Shown in pieces: positions 1 through 12,721 of a stretch of 64,000 bases of DNA (within the stretch, counting starts at the first letter, position 1; each line of letters begins with the position of its first letter). Under the pieces are notes generated by a model that worked only from the letters and a program-made list of their open reading frames with translations, was not told the DNA's origin and did no database searches. Origin of the DNA: Longimicrobiales bacterium (GTDB taxonomy: Bacteria; Gemmatimonadota; Gemmatimonadetes; Longimicrobiales; Gaopeijiaceae); contig CBDANQ010000059.1 in assembly GCA_965197725.1 (NCBI GenBank), positions 96,001 to 160,000 on the forward strand. The letters are read 5' to 3'. The translations under genes were made by a program, and so were the position numbers.

Positions 1-604
1 GTTCGTCCGCCAGACCGGTGGGCGCGGTCAATACGGTCATGTGGTCATCAACCTCGAGCCCGGGGCGCCCGGTTCGGGCTTCATTTTCGAGGACAAGATC
101 CGCGGTGGCGCGATCCCGCGAGAGTACATCGGTTCCGTCGAGGCGGGAATCCGTGCCGCCCTCGACTCGGGTGTACTCGCTGGTTATCCGGTCATCGACG
201 TAAAGGTCGAGCTCATTGACGGGTCGTACCACGATGTCGACTCCAGCGAGATGGCGTTCAAGATTGCCGGCTCGATGGCACTCAAGGCGGGCATCAAGAA
301 GGCCAAGCCGATCCTGCTCGAGCCGATCATGGATGTCGAAGTCGTGACTCCGGCCGACTACATGGGAGATATCATCGGAGACCTGTCGGCCCGTCGGGGC
401 AAGGTCGGCGGTATGACCGAGCGTGCGGGCGCGCGCGTCATCGGCGCTTCCGTGCCGCTCGGTGAGATGTTCGGATATTCGACCACGCTCCGCTCGATGA
501 GCCAGGGGCGGGCCGTCTACACGATGCAGTTCGCGCACTACGACGAGGTTCCGAAGTCGAAAGCCGAGGAGATCATGGCGGCCAACGGCGGCGGAGCCGA
601 CTGA
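1..604 (+). CDS. fusA: Elongation factor G, C-terminal part (truncated by window edge)
   Basis: Domain IV/V motifs [49 protein letters not shown]; directly upstream of tuf. Confidence 0.98.
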   Translation, partial: FVRQTGGRGQYGHVVINLEPGAPGSGFIFEDKIRGGAIPREYIGSVEAGIRAALDSGVLAGYPVIDVKVELIDGSYHDVDSSEMAFKIAGSMALKAGIKKAKPILLEPIMDVEVVTPADYMGDIIGDLSARRGKVGGMTERAGARVIGASVPLGEMFGYSTTLRSMSQGRAVYTMQFAHYDEVPKSKAEEIMAANGGGAD

Positions 605-650
605 GCTAAGAAACCAACCTCAGCCTACCGAGCGAGAGAGAGAGACAGCG

Positions 651-1844
<1,194 letters not shown>

Positions 1845-2074
1845 GGGGTTATAGCTTAGGGTTTCGACGAGAAACGGGTTCCTCTCCGCGAAAGGGCTAG
1901 CGCAAGTCGGGGCACGGGGAACACGAGTTTGTATGAAGACCAAGACGGTGGTGCAACCACCGTGCAGAAGAGAGAGGCAGGCGGAATAAGTAAGAAGACG
2001 GGATACACTAGCGGCCGAACGGCTGAGCAAGAGCGGGGGACGGGCCTGCGGTCCCCCCACCACAAGAGACGCGA

Positions 2075-2383
2075 ATGGCTGAGAGAATCAGAATCAGACT
2101 TAAGGCGTTCGACCACTGGGTGGTCGATCAGACCGCGGCCGACATTGTTCGGACGGCGCAGAAGACGGGCGCGACGGTGCGGGGGCCTATCCCGTTGCCT
2201 ACGCGGCGTGAGCGCTGGACCGTGCTTCGCTCGCCGCACATCGACAAGAAGAGTCGTGAGCAGTTCGAGCTGCGTACGCACAAGCGACTCATCGACATCG
2301 TTGATAGCCGCCCACAGACGATCGACGCGTTGACCAAGCTGGATTTGCCGGCAGGGGTCGACGTGGAGATCAAGGTCGACTGA
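2075..2383 (+). CDS. rpsJ: 30S ribosomal protein S10
   Basis: [30 protein letters not shown]. Confidence 0.98.
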   Translation: MAERIRIRLKAFDHWVVDQTAADIVRTAQKTGATVRGPIPLPTRRERWTVLRSPHIDKKSREQFELRTHKRLIDIVDSRPQTIDALTKLDLPAGVDVEIKVD

Positions 2384-2396
2384 CGGAGGACTCTGG

Positions 2397-3014
2397 ATGC
2401 CCGGATTGATCGGAAAAAAGATCGGTATGACGCGGATCTTCGATGACGAAGGGGTGCAGATACCCGTAACCGTCATTGAAGCCGGTCCGTGTGCCGTCGT
2501 TCAGGTGAAGTCAGAGGAGACGGATGGCTACCGTGCCATCCAGCTCGGCTTCGGTGCCCAGAAGGCCAAGCGTGCTTCGAACGCCGAAGTGGGACACGCG
2601 GCCAGGGCGGGCCTCGAGGCCGCGCCACGGCTCATGCGTGAGTTCGCCGCGGACAACGGTGAGGAATACGAGGTGGGCCAACAGCTCACCGTTGAGGTTT
2701 TTGAGGCCGGTGACCGCGTCAAGGTCACAGGCCGGTCGAAGGGCCGCGGATTCCAGGGCGTGGTGAAGCGCCATGGTTTCGCCGGGCGTCCGGCTTCGCA
2801 CGGACACTCCCAGTCCCGCACCCCAGGCTCCATGGGCCCGGGTACGGACCCGTCCCGCGTCATCAAGGGCAAGAAGTTACCCGGACGTATGGGTGGGACC
2901 CGCACGACCATCCGGAACCTTCAGGTCGTCCGCGTCGATGGTGAGCGGAACCTGATTTTCGTGAAGGGCGGCGTTCCGGGCGCCCGCAATGGCTACGTTC
3001 TGATCTCGAAGTGA
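2397..3014 (+). CDS. rplC: 50S ribosomal protein L3
   Basis: [25 protein letters not shown]; operon order. Confidence 0.98.
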   Translation: MPGLIGKKIGMTRIFDDEGVQIPVTVIEAGPCAVVQVKSEETDGYRAIQLGFGAQKAKRASNAEVGHAARAGLEAAPRLMREFAADNGEEYEVGQQLTVEVFEAGDRVKVTGRSKGRGFQGVVKRHGFAGRPASHGHSQSRTPGSMGPGTDPSRVIKGKKLPGRMGGTRTTIRNLQVVRVDGERNLIFVKGGVPGARNGYVLISK

Positions 3015-3718
3015 GTGCCATGTACAAGGCGCGTTATTACAAAGCTGACGGCAAGAAGGGGAGGGCTCGGGCGTTGCCCGACACCCTCTTCGACGGCGTC
3101 GTGAATGAGGGCGTCATGCACCAGGCGGTGAGGACGCACCTCTCGAACCAGCGACAGGGGACGGCAGCAGCCAAGGGGCGTTCCGACGTCGCGGGTGGCG
3201 GCCGCAAACCCTGGCGTCAGAAAGGCACGGGTCGCGCCCGAGCGGGAACCATCCGGTCGCCCATCTGGGCGGGGGGTGGCGTTGCGTTTCCACCCATCCC
3301 CCACTCCTGGCGTCAGCGTCTGCCCAAGAAGGTGAAGGCGCTCGCGCGGCGCTCGGCGCTCAATGACCGGGCTGAGCACGACAGGGTCGTCCTCGCGGAC
3401 TTGCCCGTCATGGAGGCTCCCAAGACTCGTGATCTCGTGAGTTTCCTGGACACGATCACGGCAGAGGGGAAGGTGCTCGTGCTGACCGATGGCAAGAACG
3501 AAAACCTGTACCTGTCAGCTCGCAATCTCTCGGACGTGTCGGTCGTGCAGTTCGGTGGCGAGTCCGTATACGACGTGCTCTGGGCGTACACGGTCGTCAT
3601 CGAACGCTCGGCGCTCGACGAGAAGGCTGACGCCCCGGCCAAGGCAGAGGAGGCCGAGGCGGAGCCTGCGGTCGAGGAGCCAGCCGAAGTGGAGACGGAG
3701 GAAGACGACGATGCGTGA
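3011..3718 (+). CDS. rplD: 50S ribosomal protein L4 (acidic C-terminal tail)
   Basis: GGGRKPWRQKGTGRARAG; start could be ATG at 3020. Confidence 0.97.
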   Translation: MSAMYKARYYKADGKKGRARALPDTLFDGVVNEGVMHQAVRTHLSNQRQGTAAAKGRSDVAGGGRKPWRQKGTGRARAGTIRSPIWAGGGVAFPPIPHSWRQRLPKKVKALARRSALNDRAEHDRVVLADLPVMEAPKTRDLVSFLDTITAEGKVLVLTDGKNENLYLSARNLSDVSVVQFGGESVYDVLWAYTVVIERSALDEKADAPAKAEEAEAEPAVEEPAEVETEEDDDA

Positions 3719-4022
3719 CGCTTACGACATCATCTACGCGCCCGTGATCACCGAAAAGACCAGCGAGCAGATGGAGACCGACACCGTCTACACGTTCATC
3801 GTGAACAAGGACGCCAACAAGATCGAGATCGGGCAAGCCGTCGAGCGGATCTGGGACGTGACCGTGAGGGACGTCCGTACGATGCGCTATGCCGGCAAGG
3901 TACGCCGGTCCCAAATGGGGCGCATGGCCCGGACCCATACCCCGGGTCGTCGCGCGTCTTTCAAGAAGGCCGTCGTCCAGCTCGCCGAGGGCGACCACAT
4001 CGAGCTCTACGAGGCCGGCTGA
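3711..4022 (+). CDS. rplW: 50S ribosomal protein L23
   Basis: [25 protein letters not shown] at 3711 overlaps rplD end. Confidence 0.95.
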   Translation: MRDAYDIIYAPVITEKTSEQMETDTVYTFIVNKDANKIEIGQAVERIWDVTVRDVRTMRYAGKVRRSQMGRMARTHTPGRRASFKKAVVQLAEGDHIELYEAG

Positions 4023-4024
4023 TC

Positions 4025-4864
4025 ATGGGAATCAAGAAATTCAAGCCGGTCACGCCCGGCCAGCGAACCCGGTCGGTTCTCGACAATGAGGTGCTGACTC
4101 GCAAGGGGCCGGAGAAGTCGCTCACCGAATCGCTGAGTTCCAGCGGTGGACGCAACCATCACGGTCACGTGACGGTTCGACGCCGGGGTGGGGGCCACAA
4201 GCGGAAGTACCGGATCGTCGACTTCAAGCGGAACAAGCTCGACGTGCCGGGCATCGTGAAGCATATCGAGTACGACCCGAACCGCTCGGCCAACATCGCA
4301 CTGATCTTCTACGAGGACGGCGAGAAGCGGTACATCCTCCATCCGAAGGGACTCGACGTCGGCGACACGATCATGTCGGGTCCCAACGCGGACGTCCGCA
4401 TCGGTTCGGCGATGCCACTCGCACTCGTGCCTCTCGGCACGACGGTGCACAACATCGAGCTCAAGCCGGGCAAGGGTGGTCAGCTGGCGCGCTCGGCGGG
4501 GGCTTCGGTCCAGGTCGTGGCGAAGGATGGAGACTTCGTGACGTTGCGACTGCCTTCGACGGAAATGCGCCGGTTTCGCAAGGAGTGCATGGCTACCATC
4601 GGAGAGGTCGGCAACTCGGACCATGAGTTGACCGTGATCGGCAAGGCAGGTGCAAACCGTTGGCGGGGCAAGCGTCCGAAGGTGCGCGGTGTCGCCATGA
4701 ACCCGGTCGATCACCCTCTGGGTGGCGGTGAGGGCCGGGCATCGGGTGGGCGGCCTCCGGTCTCGCCGTGGGGCAAGGCCGAGGGCAAGAAGACACGCAA
4801 CAAGAAAAAAGACTCCACCAAGTACATCGTGCGCGGCCGCAAGCGCGGCAAAGCCACGCAATGA
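4025..4864 (+). CDS. rplB: 50S ribosomal protein L2
   Basis: [29 protein letters not shown]. Confidence 0.99.
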   Translation: MGIKKFKPVTPGQRTRSVLDNEVLTRKGPEKSLTESLSSSGGRNHHGHVTVRRRGGGHKRKYRIVDFKRNKLDVPGIVKHIEYDPNRSANIALIFYEDGEKRYILHPKGLDVGDTIMSGPNADVRIGSAMPLALVPLGTTVHNIELKPGKGGQLARSAGASVQVVAKDGDFVTLRLPSTEMRRFRKECMATIGEVGNSDHELTVIGKAGANRWRGKRPKVRGVAMNPVDHPLGGGEGRASGGRPPVSPWGKAEGKKTRNKKKDSTKYIVRGRKRGKATQ

Positions 4865-4881
4865 CCAGGGGCTGACCAACC

Positions 4882-5175
4882 ATGCCGCGTAGCATAAAGA
4901 AGGGTCCGTTCATCAGTGACAAACTTCTTCTCCAGATCGAGATCATGAACTCTCGTAATGAGAAGAAGGTCATCAAGACATGGTCCCGTGCCTCGACGAT
5001 CTCTCCGGATTTCGTGGGTCACACGGTGGCCGTGCACAACGGCAACAAGTTCATCCCCGTGTACATCACGGAGAACATGGTCGGACACAAACTCGGTGAG
5101 TTCGCGCCAACCCGCCTATTCCGCGGGCACAGTGGCAGGCTGGCCGACAAACGGTCTGGACGGTCGGCCCTATGA
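4882..5175 (+). CDS. rpsS: 30S ribosomal protein S19
   Basis: [27 protein letters not shown]. Confidence 0.98.
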   Translation: MPRSIKKGPFISDKLLLQIEIMNSRNEKKVIKTWSRASTISPDFVGHTVAVHNGNKFIPVYITENMVGHKLGEFAPTRLFRGHSGRLADKRSGRSAL

Positions 5176-5525
5176 AAGCTCGAGCAGTCGCGCGGTACGT
5201 CCGCATGAGCCCCCGAAAGGTCCGGCTCGTCGTGGACCAGATCCGGGGTAAGTCGGTGAACGAGGCATACGCCATTCTTCAGTTCTCGAAAAAGAGCGCT
5301 GCCGAGCCCGTCGGTAAGACTCTTCGCTCGGCGGTGGCGAACGCACAGGACAGATCACAAGACGAAGGCGGACTTCTCGATGTGGACGACTTGGTCGTTC
5401 AGGAAGCCTTCGTAGACGAGGGCCCGACGCTTCGCCGCTGGCGCGCGCGCGCGCAGGGGCGAGCAGCGCCGATCCGTAAGCGCACGAGCCACGTCACCGT
5501 GGTCGTCGACACAAGGGACGCCTGA
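5172..5525 (+). CDS. rplV: 50S ribosomal protein L22
   Basis: [30 protein letters not shown]. Confidence 0.97.
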   Translation: MKARAVARYVRMSPRKVRLVVDQIRGKSVNEAYAILQFSKKSAAEPVGKTLRSAVANAQDRSQDEGGLLDVDDLVVQEAFVDEGPTLRRWRARAQGRAAPIRKRTSHVTVVVDTRDA

Positions 5526-5529
5526 GGAT

Positions 5530-6189
5530 ATGGGACAGAAGACACACCCCGTCGGGTTCCGGCTCGGGATCGTCAAGGACTGGACGTCCCGCTGGTACGC
5601 CGAGCGCGATTTCCCGCGCCTCCTCAAGGAGGACGAGACGATCCGCAACTACCTTCGTCGGCGCCTGGCTCATGCCGCGCTTGCGCTGGTCGAGATCGAG
5701 CGCAAGCCGAGCAAGATCGTCGTCACGCTGCACACCGCCCGTCCGGGCGTGGTGATCGGTAAGCGGGGCGCCGAAGTCGACAAACTGCGCGACGAGCTCG
5801 CGATGCTCACCAGCGCCGAGATCTCCGTGAACGTCGAGGAGATCAAGCGGCCGGAGGTGAGCGCGTATCTGGTGGCCGAGAACGTCGCCCACCAGTTGCG
5901 TCAGCGCATCTCCTTCCGGCGCGCGATGAAGCGTGCGGTGCAGTCCGCGATCCGTGCCGGGGCCGAGGGCATCAAGATCCAGTGCGCAGGCCGTCTGGGT
6001 GGCGCCGAGATCGCGCGCACGGAGGGATACAACGAGGGCCGGGTGCCGCTGCATACGCTGCGCGCGGACATCGACTACGCCCAGGTTCCTGCGTTTACGA
6101 CGTACGGCGTCGTTGGGGTGAAGTGCTGGATCTTCCAGGGCGAGGTCGTCGAGGAGCGGCGTGGCCGCACCTACTCGACCGGTGTCTGA
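5530..6189 (+). CDS. rpsC: 30S ribosomal protein S3
   Basis: [36 protein letters not shown]. Confidence 0.98.
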   Translation: MGQKTHPVGFRLGIVKDWTSRWYAERDFPRLLKEDETIRNYLRRRLAHAALALVEIERKPSKIVVTLHTARPGVVIGKRGAEVDKLRDELAMLTSAEISVNVEEIKRPEVSAYLVAENVAHQLRQRISFRRAMKRAVQSAIRAGAEGIKIQCAGRLGGAEIARTEGYNEGRVPLHTLRADIDYAQVPAFTTYGVVGVKCWIFQGEVVEERRGRTYSTGV

Positions 6190-6204
6190 GAGAGGATATA
6201 GACG

Positions 6205-6621
6205 ATGCTAGCTCCAAAACGAGTGCGGCGACGGAAGACCCACAAGGGTCGCATGCGCGGAGTGGCGCGCCGGGGAAGCAAGATCTCCTTCGGGGAGTAC
6301 GGCCTGCAGGCGCTAGAGCCGACTTGGATCACTAACCGACAGATCGAAGCGGCCCGTGTCGCCATGACCCGTCACATCAAGCGTGGTGGCAAGGTCTGGA
6401 TTCGGATCTTCCCGGACAAGCCGATCACTTCAAAGCCCGCCGAGACCCGCATGGGGAAGGGCAAGGGCAACCCCGAGGGTTGGGTCGCGGTGGTCAAGCC
6501 GGGCCGGATCATGTTCGAGCTCGAGGGCGTGGACGAAGAGGTGGCAGAGCAGGCGATGCGTCTGGCCGCTGCGAAGCTGCCGATCAAATGCCGCTTCGTC
6601 GTCCGCGACCGCCAGTTCTAG
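6205..6621 (+). CDS. rplP: 50S ribosomal protein L16
   Basis: [25 protein letters not shown]. Confidence 0.98.
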   Translation: MLAPKRVRRRKTHKGRMRGVARRGSKISFGEYGLQALEPTWITNRQIEAARVAMTRHIKRGGKVWIRIFPDKPITSKPAETRMGKGKGNPEGWVAVVKPGRIMFELEGVDEEVAEQAMRLAAAKLPIKCRFVVRDRQF

Positions 6622-6627
6622 GAGAGA

Positions 6628-6858
6628 ATGATGAAGGCCGAGGACATCCGCGATTGGGATGACACTGAGATCGAAGCCCGGCTCAAAGAGCTTAGGGAAG
6701 AGCAGTTCAAGTTGCGTTTCCAGCGCTCGATGATGGAGCTCGAGAACGCTGGGCTGCCGAGGCAGATCAAGCGCGATATCGCGCGCCTGAAGACCGTGCG
6801 TCGCGAGCGAGAGCTCGCGCCGAACTCCGCTGAGAACGCGCGAGCCAGGAAGCCATGA
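6628..6858 (+). CDS. rpmC: 50S ribosomal protein L29
   Basis: [23 protein letters not shown]; operon order. Confidence 0.95.
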   Translation: MMKAEDIRDWDDTEIEARLKELREEQFKLRFQRSMMELENAGLPRQIKRDIARLKTVRRERELAPNSAENARARKP

Positions 6859-7199
6859 GCGAGAACGAGATCGAACAGGTCGAGGCCGAGACCCCGGACA
6901 CGGAGGTCGTCGAAGCTCCCGCCGCCGCGGAAGCCGAGGTAACGGGCGCGCGCAACCAGCGCAAAGTGCGCACGGGCGTGGTTGTGAGCGATGGGGGTGA
7001 CAAGACCGTGACCGTCGTGGTCGAGCGTCGATTCGCCCACCCGTTGTACGGAAAGGGCGTGAAGCGCACCAAGAAGTATCGGGCGCACGACGAGAAGAAC
7101 GAGTACCACGTTGGCGACTCTGTGCGGATCGTGGAGACCCGCCCACTGTCCAAGACCAAGCGTTGGCGTGTCACCGGTTTGGCCGAGCGCCAGGCTTAA
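6855..7199 (+). CDS. rpsQ: 30S ribosomal protein S17 (acidic N-terminal extension)
   Basis: [29 protein letters not shown]. Confidence 0.97.
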   Translation: MSENEIEQVEAETPDTEVVEAPAAAEAEVTGARNQRKVRTGVVVSDGGDKTVTVVVERRFAHPLYGKGVKRTKKYRAHDEKNEYHVGDSVRIVETRPLSKTKRWRVTGLAERQA

Positions 7200-7222
7200 G
7201 CGAACGTCAGAGGAATCGAGAG

Positions 7223-7591
7223 ATGATTCAGCAGGAGTCGATCCTCCGGATCGCCGACAACACGGGCGCAAAGTCGGCACTCTGTATCAGGGTGCTGGGC
7301 GGTTCGGGACGCCGGTATGCGGGGGTGGGCGATGTCATCGTCGCGACCGTGAAAGACGCCATCCCCAACGCGGGTATCAAGAAGGGTGAGGTCGTGCGAG
7401 CCGTGGTCGTGCGCACCGCCAAGGAGACGCGCTGTCGGGACGGGACGTACATCCGGTTCGAGGACAACGCGGCGGTGATCATCACGCCGCAGGGTGAGCC
7501 CCGCGGCACCCGGATCTTCGGGCCCGTTGGCCGCGAGCTACGCGAGAGAAAGTACATGAAGATCGTTTCCCTGGCGCCTGAGGTACTGTGA
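7223..7591 (+). CDS. rplN: 50S ribosomal protein L14
   Basis: [33 protein letters not shown]; start at ATG 7223. Confidence 0.98.
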   Translation: MIQQESILRIADNTGAKSALCIRVLGGSGRRYAGVGDVIVATVKDAIPNAGIKKGEVVRAVVVRTAKETRCRDGTYIRFEDNAAVIITPQGEPRGTRIFGPVGRELRERKYMKIVSLAPEVL

Positions 7592-7926
7592 TGGCCGGGA
7601 CCAAGTATCAGATCATGAAGGGCGACCGTGTCCGAGTGATTCGCGGCAACGACCGCGACCTCGAGGGTGCGGTGCTCGAAGTCCTGAAAGAGAAAGCGCG
7701 AGTGCGTGTCGAAGGCGTAAACATTCGCAAGCGGCACACGCGCCCGACCGAGGCGAACCCCGACGGTGGCATCATCACCTTCGCGGCGCCGATCCACGTT
7801 TCGAACGTGATGCTCGTCGATCCGACGACCGAAGACGCTAGCCGCATACGCACGCGCGTCGAAGAGGACGGAACCAAGGAGCGGATTGCCGTGAAGACCG
7901 GCAATCCGATTCCCAAACCGCAATGA
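7591..7926 (+). CDS. rplX: 50S ribosomal protein L24
   Basis: KOW motif KGDRVRVIRG, VEGVNIRKRH, APIHVSNV. Confidence 0.96.
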   Translation: MAGTKYQIMKGDRVRVIRGNDRDLEGAVLEVLKEKARVRVEGVNIRKRHTRPTEANPDGGIITFAAPIHVSNVMLVDPTTEDASRIRTRVEEDGTKERIAVKTGNPIPKPQ

Positions 7927-8501
7927 CGATGGTACCACGACTCAAGATTCATTATGCCGACTACGTGAGACCCAAGCTCCAAGAGGAGTTCGGCTACACG
8001 AATTCGCACCAAATCCCGAAGGTCGTGAAGGTCGTGATCAACGTGGGTGCCGGTGAAGTGGCCAAAGACCAAAAGCTGCTCGATAGCATCATGGCCGAGC
8101 TGAGCGTGATCTCCGGCCAAAAGCCCCTGATGAACCGAGCCCGGCGCTCGATCTCGAACTTCCAACTGCGGGAGGGCATGCCGATCGGCGCTTCCGTGAC
8201 GCTGCGCGGCGAAAAGATGTGGTTCTTTCTCGACCGCCTGATCAGCACCGTGATTCCACGTGTCCGCGACTTCCGGGGGCTCAAAACGCGCTCCTTCGAC
8301 GGTCGGGGGAACTACACGATGGGCGTGAAGGAGCAGATCATCTTCCCCGAGATCAACTACGAAAAAGTTCGTAAGATTCACGGGATGGACATCACGGTGG
8401 TCACGTCCACCGACAAGGATGACGAGGGTCTTGCCCTGCTGCGTGAGTTGGGCTTCCCGTTCCGCGGCGCGGTGCCGGTGCAAGTCGGCGCGACCGCCTA
8501 G
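7923..8501 (+). CDS. rplE: 50S ribosomal protein L5
   Basis: PRVRDFRG, FDGRGNYTMGVKEQIIFPEI. Confidence 0.98.
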   Translation: MTMVPRLKIHYADYVRPKLQEEFGYTNSHQIPKVVKVVINVGAGEVAKDQKLLDSIMAELSVISGQKPLMNRARRSISNFQLREGMPIGASVTLRGEKMWFFLDRLISTVIPRVRDFRGLKTRSFDGRGNYTMGVKEQIIFPEINYEKVRKIHGMDITVVTSTDKDDEGLALLRELGFPFRGAVPVQVGATA

Positions 8502-8516
8502 GAGAGAGCGTTTCGA

Positions 8517-8702
8517 ATGGCCAGAAAGGCGCTCATCGAGAAGTCCAAGCGCAAGCCGAAGTTCGGTGTGCGGCAGCGGAACCGCTGTCAGCGTTGCGGG
8601 AGGCCGCGTGCGTTCCTGCGGAAGTTTGGAATCTGCCGGATCTGTTTCCGGGAGATGTCGCTCAGGGGCGAGATCCCTGGTGTGCGCAAGTCGAGCTGGT
8701 AG
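8517..8702 (+). CDS. rpsN: 30S ribosomal protein S14, short zinc-binding (type Z) form
   Basis: 61 aa, [25 protein letters not shown]. Confidence 0.97.
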   Translation: MARKALIEKSKRKPKFGVRQRNRCQRCGRPRAFLRKFGICRICFREMSLRGEIPGVRKSSW

Positions 8703-8718
8703 GAGGAACTAGACAGTC

Positions 8719-9111
8719 ATGATGACCGACCCCATCGCGGACATGCTCACCCGCATCCGAAACGCCGGCCAGGCGGCCCACAAGTGGGTGGACATGCCCG
8801 TGTCCGCGAAGAAGATCGAGATCGCACGGCTCCTGCAGGAGAGCCATTTCGTGCACGCCCACAAGGTGCTTGCGGACGGACGCTTCGGTGTGCTCCGGGT
8901 CTACCTGAAGTACTACGAGGGCAAGCCGATCATCCGTCACATCGAGCGTGTCTCACGTCCCGGCCAGCGCACATACGTCGGCAAGGATGAGATTCCCCGG
9001 GTACGGAACGGTCTCGGCATGGCAATCCTGTCGACCTCGGCCGGTATGCTCTCCGACCGCAACGCCCGTGCGCAGGGCGTCGGTGGCGAGTTGATGGCCG
9101 TGGTCTGGTAA
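8719..9111 (+). CDS. rpsH: 30S ribosomal protein S8
   Basis: TDPIADMLTRIRNA, GLGMAILSTS. Confidence 0.98.
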   Translation: MMTDPIADMLTRIRNAGQAAHKWVDMPVSAKKIEIARLLQESHFVHAHKVLADGRFGVLRVYLKYYEGKPIIRHIERVSRPGQRTYVGKDEIPRVRNGLGMAILSTSAGMLSDRNARAQGVGGELMAVVW

Positions 9112-9132
9112 GCGGCGAGCGAGAGAGAAACG

Positions 9133-9672
9133 ATGTCTCGTGTCGGAAAGGTGCCTGTCGTGCTCCCCAAGGGAGTCGAAGTCAAGCAGGCCAACGGCAC
9201 GCTCAGCGTGAAGGGTCCGAAGGGCTCCTTAGAGCTCAACGCACACCCGGACATGAACGTTGTCATCGACGGGGGGGAGGTCCGCGTAGAGCGGCCATCC
9301 GACGAGAAGGAGCACCGCGCGTTGCACGGGCTGACCCGCTCGCTGATCGCGAACATGGTGACCGGCGTGACCGACGGTTTCGCCAAGACGCTGGAGATCG
9401 TCGGCGTAGGCTACCGCGCGAACGTCAGCAGGAAGGGCGTGACCCTGAACCTCGGGTTCAGCCACACCATCGAGTACAGGCCGGTAGACGGTATTAGTAT
9501 CGAGTGCCCGAACCAGACGACGATCGTCGTCTCCGGCATCGACAAGCAGAAGGTCGGCCAGGCAGCAGCGGAGATCCGCGCGTTTCGGCCGCCGGAGCCC
9601 TACAAGGGCAAGGGAATCCGGTATCAGGGCGAACAAGTTCGGCGTAAGGCCGGTAAGACCGCCGGGGTATAG
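9133..9672 (+). CDS. rplF: 50S ribosomal protein L6
   Basis: [23 protein letters not shown]. Confidence 0.98.
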   Translation: MSRVGKVPVVLPKGVEVKQANGTLSVKGPKGSLELNAHPDMNVVIDGGEVRVERPSDEKEHRALHGLTRSLIANMVTGVTDGFAKTLEIVGVGYRANVSRKGVTLNLGFSHTIEYRPVDGISIECPNQTTIVVSGIDKQKVGQAAAEIRAFRPPEPYKGKGIRYQGEQVRRKAGKTAGV

Positions 9673-9674
9673 CG

Positions 9675-10067
9675 ATGACGATGATCAAACAGAGCAAGCT
9701 CAAGAAGAGCCGTTCGCTTCAGCGGATGCGACGCCACTTCCGGGTTCGGAACAAGGTGCGCGGCACCGCGGAGCGTCCACGCCTCGTTGTCTTTCGCTCG
9801 TTAAAAAATGTCGAGGCTCAGGTCATCGACGACGACACCGGCCGCACGCTCATCGGGCTTTCGACCCTCAACCCCGAGTTGAAAGACTTCGCGGCCGAGG
9901 GTCAGAACCGCCGGGTAGAGCACGCCTACGCGGCCGGGAAGCTGCTCGGTGAGCGCGCGAAGGCCCAGGGAATCGACACCGTGGTCTTCGATCGCGGTGG
10001 ATACAAGTACCACGGCCGGGTGAAAGCCTTCGCCGACGGCGCACGAGAGGGAGGTCTGGAGTTCTGA
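9675..10067 (+). CDS. rplR: 50S ribosomal protein L18
   Basis: [24 protein letters not shown]. Confidence 0.97.
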   Translation: MTMIKQSKLKKSRSLQRMRRHFRVRNKVRGTAERPRLVVFRSLKNVEAQVIDDDTGRTLIGLSTLNPELKDFAAEGQNRRVEHAYAAGKLLGERAKAQGIDTVVFDRGGYKYHGRVKAFADGAREGGLEF

Positions 10068-10603
10068 TGGCTGGAGGAGAACAGAAGAAAAAGAAGAAGC
10101 AGGGGCGCGGTCGGGAGACCGATCTCGTCGAGAACGTCATCTTCATCAACCGCGTCGCCAAGGTCGTGAAGGGTGGACGGCGGTTCTCGTTCTCGGCCCT
10201 TGTGTCCGTGGGTGATCAGAAGGGGAACGTCGGCATCGCGCTGGCCAAAGCGAACGAGGTCGCCGAAGCGATTCGGAAGTCTTTCGAGCAGGCCCGCAAG
10301 AACATGGTGAAGGTGCCGATCCGGAATGGAACGCTTCCCCACGACATCGTGGGTCGGTGGGGCGCCGGCCGCGTGTTGCTCCGCCCCGCCGCCCCCGGTA
10401 CCGGTGTGGTCGCAGGTGGTCCCGTGCGCGCCGTGCTCGAGGCAGCGGGTGTGAAGGATGTGCTCACGAAGAGTCTGGGTACGAACAACCCGATCAACGT
10501 CGTGCGCGCTACCATGAACGGCCTGACGGAGCTCGTCACCGCCGAGCGAGCGGCCGAAGAGCGCGGCGTGACGGTGGAAGCATTGGGAGTGCATAGTGGC
10601 TAA
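10067..10603 (+). CDS. rpsE: 30S ribosomal protein S5
   Basis: [35 protein letters not shown]. Confidence 0.98.
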   Translation: MAGGEQKKKKKQGRGRETDLVENVIFINRVAKVVKGGRRFSFSALVSVGDQKGNVGIALAKANEVAEAIRKSFEQARKNMVKVPIRNGTLPHDIVGRWGAGRVLLRPAAPGTGVVAGGPVRAVLEAAGVKDVLTKSLGTNNPINVVRATMNGLTELVTAERAAEERGVTVEALGVHSG

Positions 10604-10799
10604 GAGGAAGAAGCCCAAGATGATCAAGATCACCCAGACGCGGAGCGGAATCGGCCGACTCACCAAGCACCGCCGCACGCTTCGGGCGCTGGGAATAAAG
10701 CGTCACCAGCAGAGCGTGATCCATGAGGATAGCGCGGCCATTAGGGGGATGATCAACCAAGTCTCCTATATGGTGGACGTGGCTGAAGTAGAGGGCTGA
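10596..10799 (+). CDS. rpmD: 50S ribosomal protein L30
   Basis: [22 protein letters not shown]. Confidence 0.95.
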   Translation: MAKRKKPKMIKITQTRSGIGRLTKHRRTLRALGIKRHQQSVIHEDSAAIRGMINQVSYMVDVAEVEG

Positions 10800-10916
10800 C
10801 CGCTGAAATCGGCGCTGAACGTCGTTAGGCTCCGGTCGTCGACCTGCGAAGTAGCGTTGCTACTCCTCGGTACGCCGATCCTCGCCTGCCTAGTTTAGCA
10901 TCCAATTTGAGCGGTC
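10798..10916. repeat. Long imperfect palindrome (REP/MITE-like or structured RNA) in rpmD-rplO spacer
   Basis: ACCGCTGAAATCGGCGCTGAAC (10799-10820) pairs imperfectly with GTTTAGCATCCAATTTGAGCGGT (10893-10915); central AGTAGC-gtt-GCTACT hairpin. Confidence 0.6.
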
Positions 10917-10944
10917 TTGGTAACAACTAACGAGAGTTTGTGAC

Positions 10945-11406
10945 ATGGCAGAACTACACGATCTGAGCCCCCCCGCCGGCTCCCGCCGCAAAGGCAAGCG
11001 CGTCGGTCGCGGACCAGGCTCCGGCCTGGGTAAGACCGCGGGGCGGGGACAGGACGGTCAGAAGTCGCGCTCGGGCGGACGCATCCGCCGGGACTTCGAG
11101 GGTGGCCAGATGCCGCTCATGCGCCGGGTTCCGAAGCGCGGCTTCAAGAACATCAACCGCGTCGAGTATCAAGTGGTCAACGTGCGGGACCTGGGCCGGT
11201 GTGACGGTGACGTGGGCCCGGACGAGCTCAAGGCGGCCGGGCTCATCCCGTCGCTTCGCAAGCCCGTGAAGATTCTCGGGGAAGGCGATATGGAGAAATC
11301 GCTTGATGTGAGCGCACACAGGTTCAGCAAGAGCGCTCAGGAGAAGATCGAGGCGGCAGGGGGATCGGTGACGGTCATGGGCGCCACGGCCGAGGACGCT
11401 TCGTAG
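10945..11406 (+). CDS. rplO: 50S ribosomal protein L15
   Basis: RVGRGPGSGLGKTAGRG, FEGGQMPL, KIEAAGG. Confidence 0.98.
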   Translation: MAELHDLSPPAGSRRKGKRVGRGPGSGLGKTAGRGQDGQKSRSGGRIRRDFEGGQMPLMRRVPKRGFKNINRVEYQVVNVRDLGRCDGDVGPDELKAAGLIPSLRKPVKILGEGDMEKSLDVSAHRFSKSAQEKIEAAGGSVTVMGATAEDAS

Positions 11407-11407
11407 C

Positions 11408-12721
11408 ATGTCGAATCCCGTACAAAACCTCTTCCGGGTTCCGGAACTCAAAGAGAAGGTCCTCTTCACCTTGTTCATCCTGCTCATCTACCGAGCGGGA
11501 TCGCACATCACGGTGCCGAGCCTGGACGTGGGCGCACTTCGTGAGCAGTTCGGTCAACTCCAGGGGACCTTCTTCGGCATCTACGACATGTTCGTGGGTG
11601 GAGGGCTGTCTCGCGCCACTATCCTGGCGCTGGGCATCATGCCCTACATCTCCGCGAGCATCATGTTTCAACTGCTCGCCGCGGTCTTCCCAACGATCGA
11701 AAAGCTGCAAAAGGAAGGTGAGGAGGGCCGTAAGAAGCTGACCCAGTGGACGCGTTATACCACGATCGGGTTGTCGGCCGCCCAGGCCTACGGGTACGCG
11801 TCGTTCCTGCAGGCGATTCCCGGCGCGGTCAGCACGCCCGGCGTGCTGTTCACGTTCACGACGGTCATCACGCTCACCGTGGGCGCTATCTTCGTCATGT
11901 GGCTCGGTGAGCAGATCACGGAGCACGGCATCGGCAACGGCATGTCGCTCATGATCTTCTTCTCGATCATCCAGGGGTTCCCGGCCGCGGTCGTGCGCAC
12001 CTACGAGTCGTTCCGGCTCGGTGAGCTCGGGGCGTTCGATATGGCTGCGCTGCTCTTCGTGGTGGTCGGCGTCACCGCGGCGGTGGTCGCGATGACCATG
12101 GCGGCCCGCAAGATCCCGGTTCAGATCCCACGCAAGGTCGTCGGCCGCGGCCGAATCCGAGAGGGCCAGAAGAGCTTCATTCCGCTGCGCATCAACTCCG
12201 CGGGCGTCATGCCGATCATCTTTGCGCAGTCGTTCATCGTCGTACCCGGCACCGCCGCCGCGTTCATCGACGTCCCGCTGCTCAACACCATCAACGAGAT
12301 CTTCCAGCCGCAGGGCTGGCCCTACTACATCACGTATGGCCTCCTGATCGTGTTCTTCACGTACTTCTACACGGCGATCATTTTCAACCCGATCGACCTC
12401 GCAGAGAACCTGAAGAAGCAGGGTGGTTTCATCCCGGGTGTAAAACCGGGAGCGCGCACGGCGGAATACATCGACCGCGTTCTGACACGTGTGACCCTAC
12501 CCGGCTCGATCTATCTGGCTATCGTAGCGCTCGTGCCGTTCTGGATCTTCGACTTCTTCCAGATCAACACCTTTTTCTTCGGTGGCACGAGTCTGCTGAT
12601 CGTCGTGGGCGTGGGTTTGGACACCGTGCAGCAGGCGCAACAGCTGCTCATGCTCCGTCACTATGACGGTTTCATGAAGAAGGGTCGCGTGAAGATGCGG
12701 GGCCGCTCGCGGTACATGTAG
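11408..12721 (+). CDS. secY: Preprotein translocase subunit SecY
   Basis: LGIMPYISASI, MWLGEQIT..GIGNGMS, FIPGVKPG, GGTSLLIVVGV. Confidence 0.99.
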   Translation: MSNPVQNLFRVPELKEKVLFTLFILLIYRAGSHITVPSLDVGALREQFGQLQGTFFGIYDMFVGGGLSRATILALGIMPYISASIMFQLLAAVFPTIEKLQKEGEEGRKKLTQWTRYTTIGLSAAQAYGYASFLQAIPGAVSTPGVLFTFTTVITLTVGAIFVMWLGEQITEHGIGNGMSLMIFFSIIQGFPAAVVRTYESFRLGELGAFDMAALLFVVVGVTAAVVAMTMAARKIPVQIPRKVVGRGRIREGQKSFIPLRINSAGVMPIIFAQSFIVVPGTAAAFIDVPLLNTINEIFQPQGWPYYITYGLLIVFFTYFYTAIIFNPIDLAENLKKQGGFIPGVKPGARTAEYIDRVLTRVTLPGSIYLAIVALVPFWIFDFFQINTFFFGGTSLLIVVGVGLDTVQQAQQLLMLRHYDGFMKKGRVKMRGRSRYM

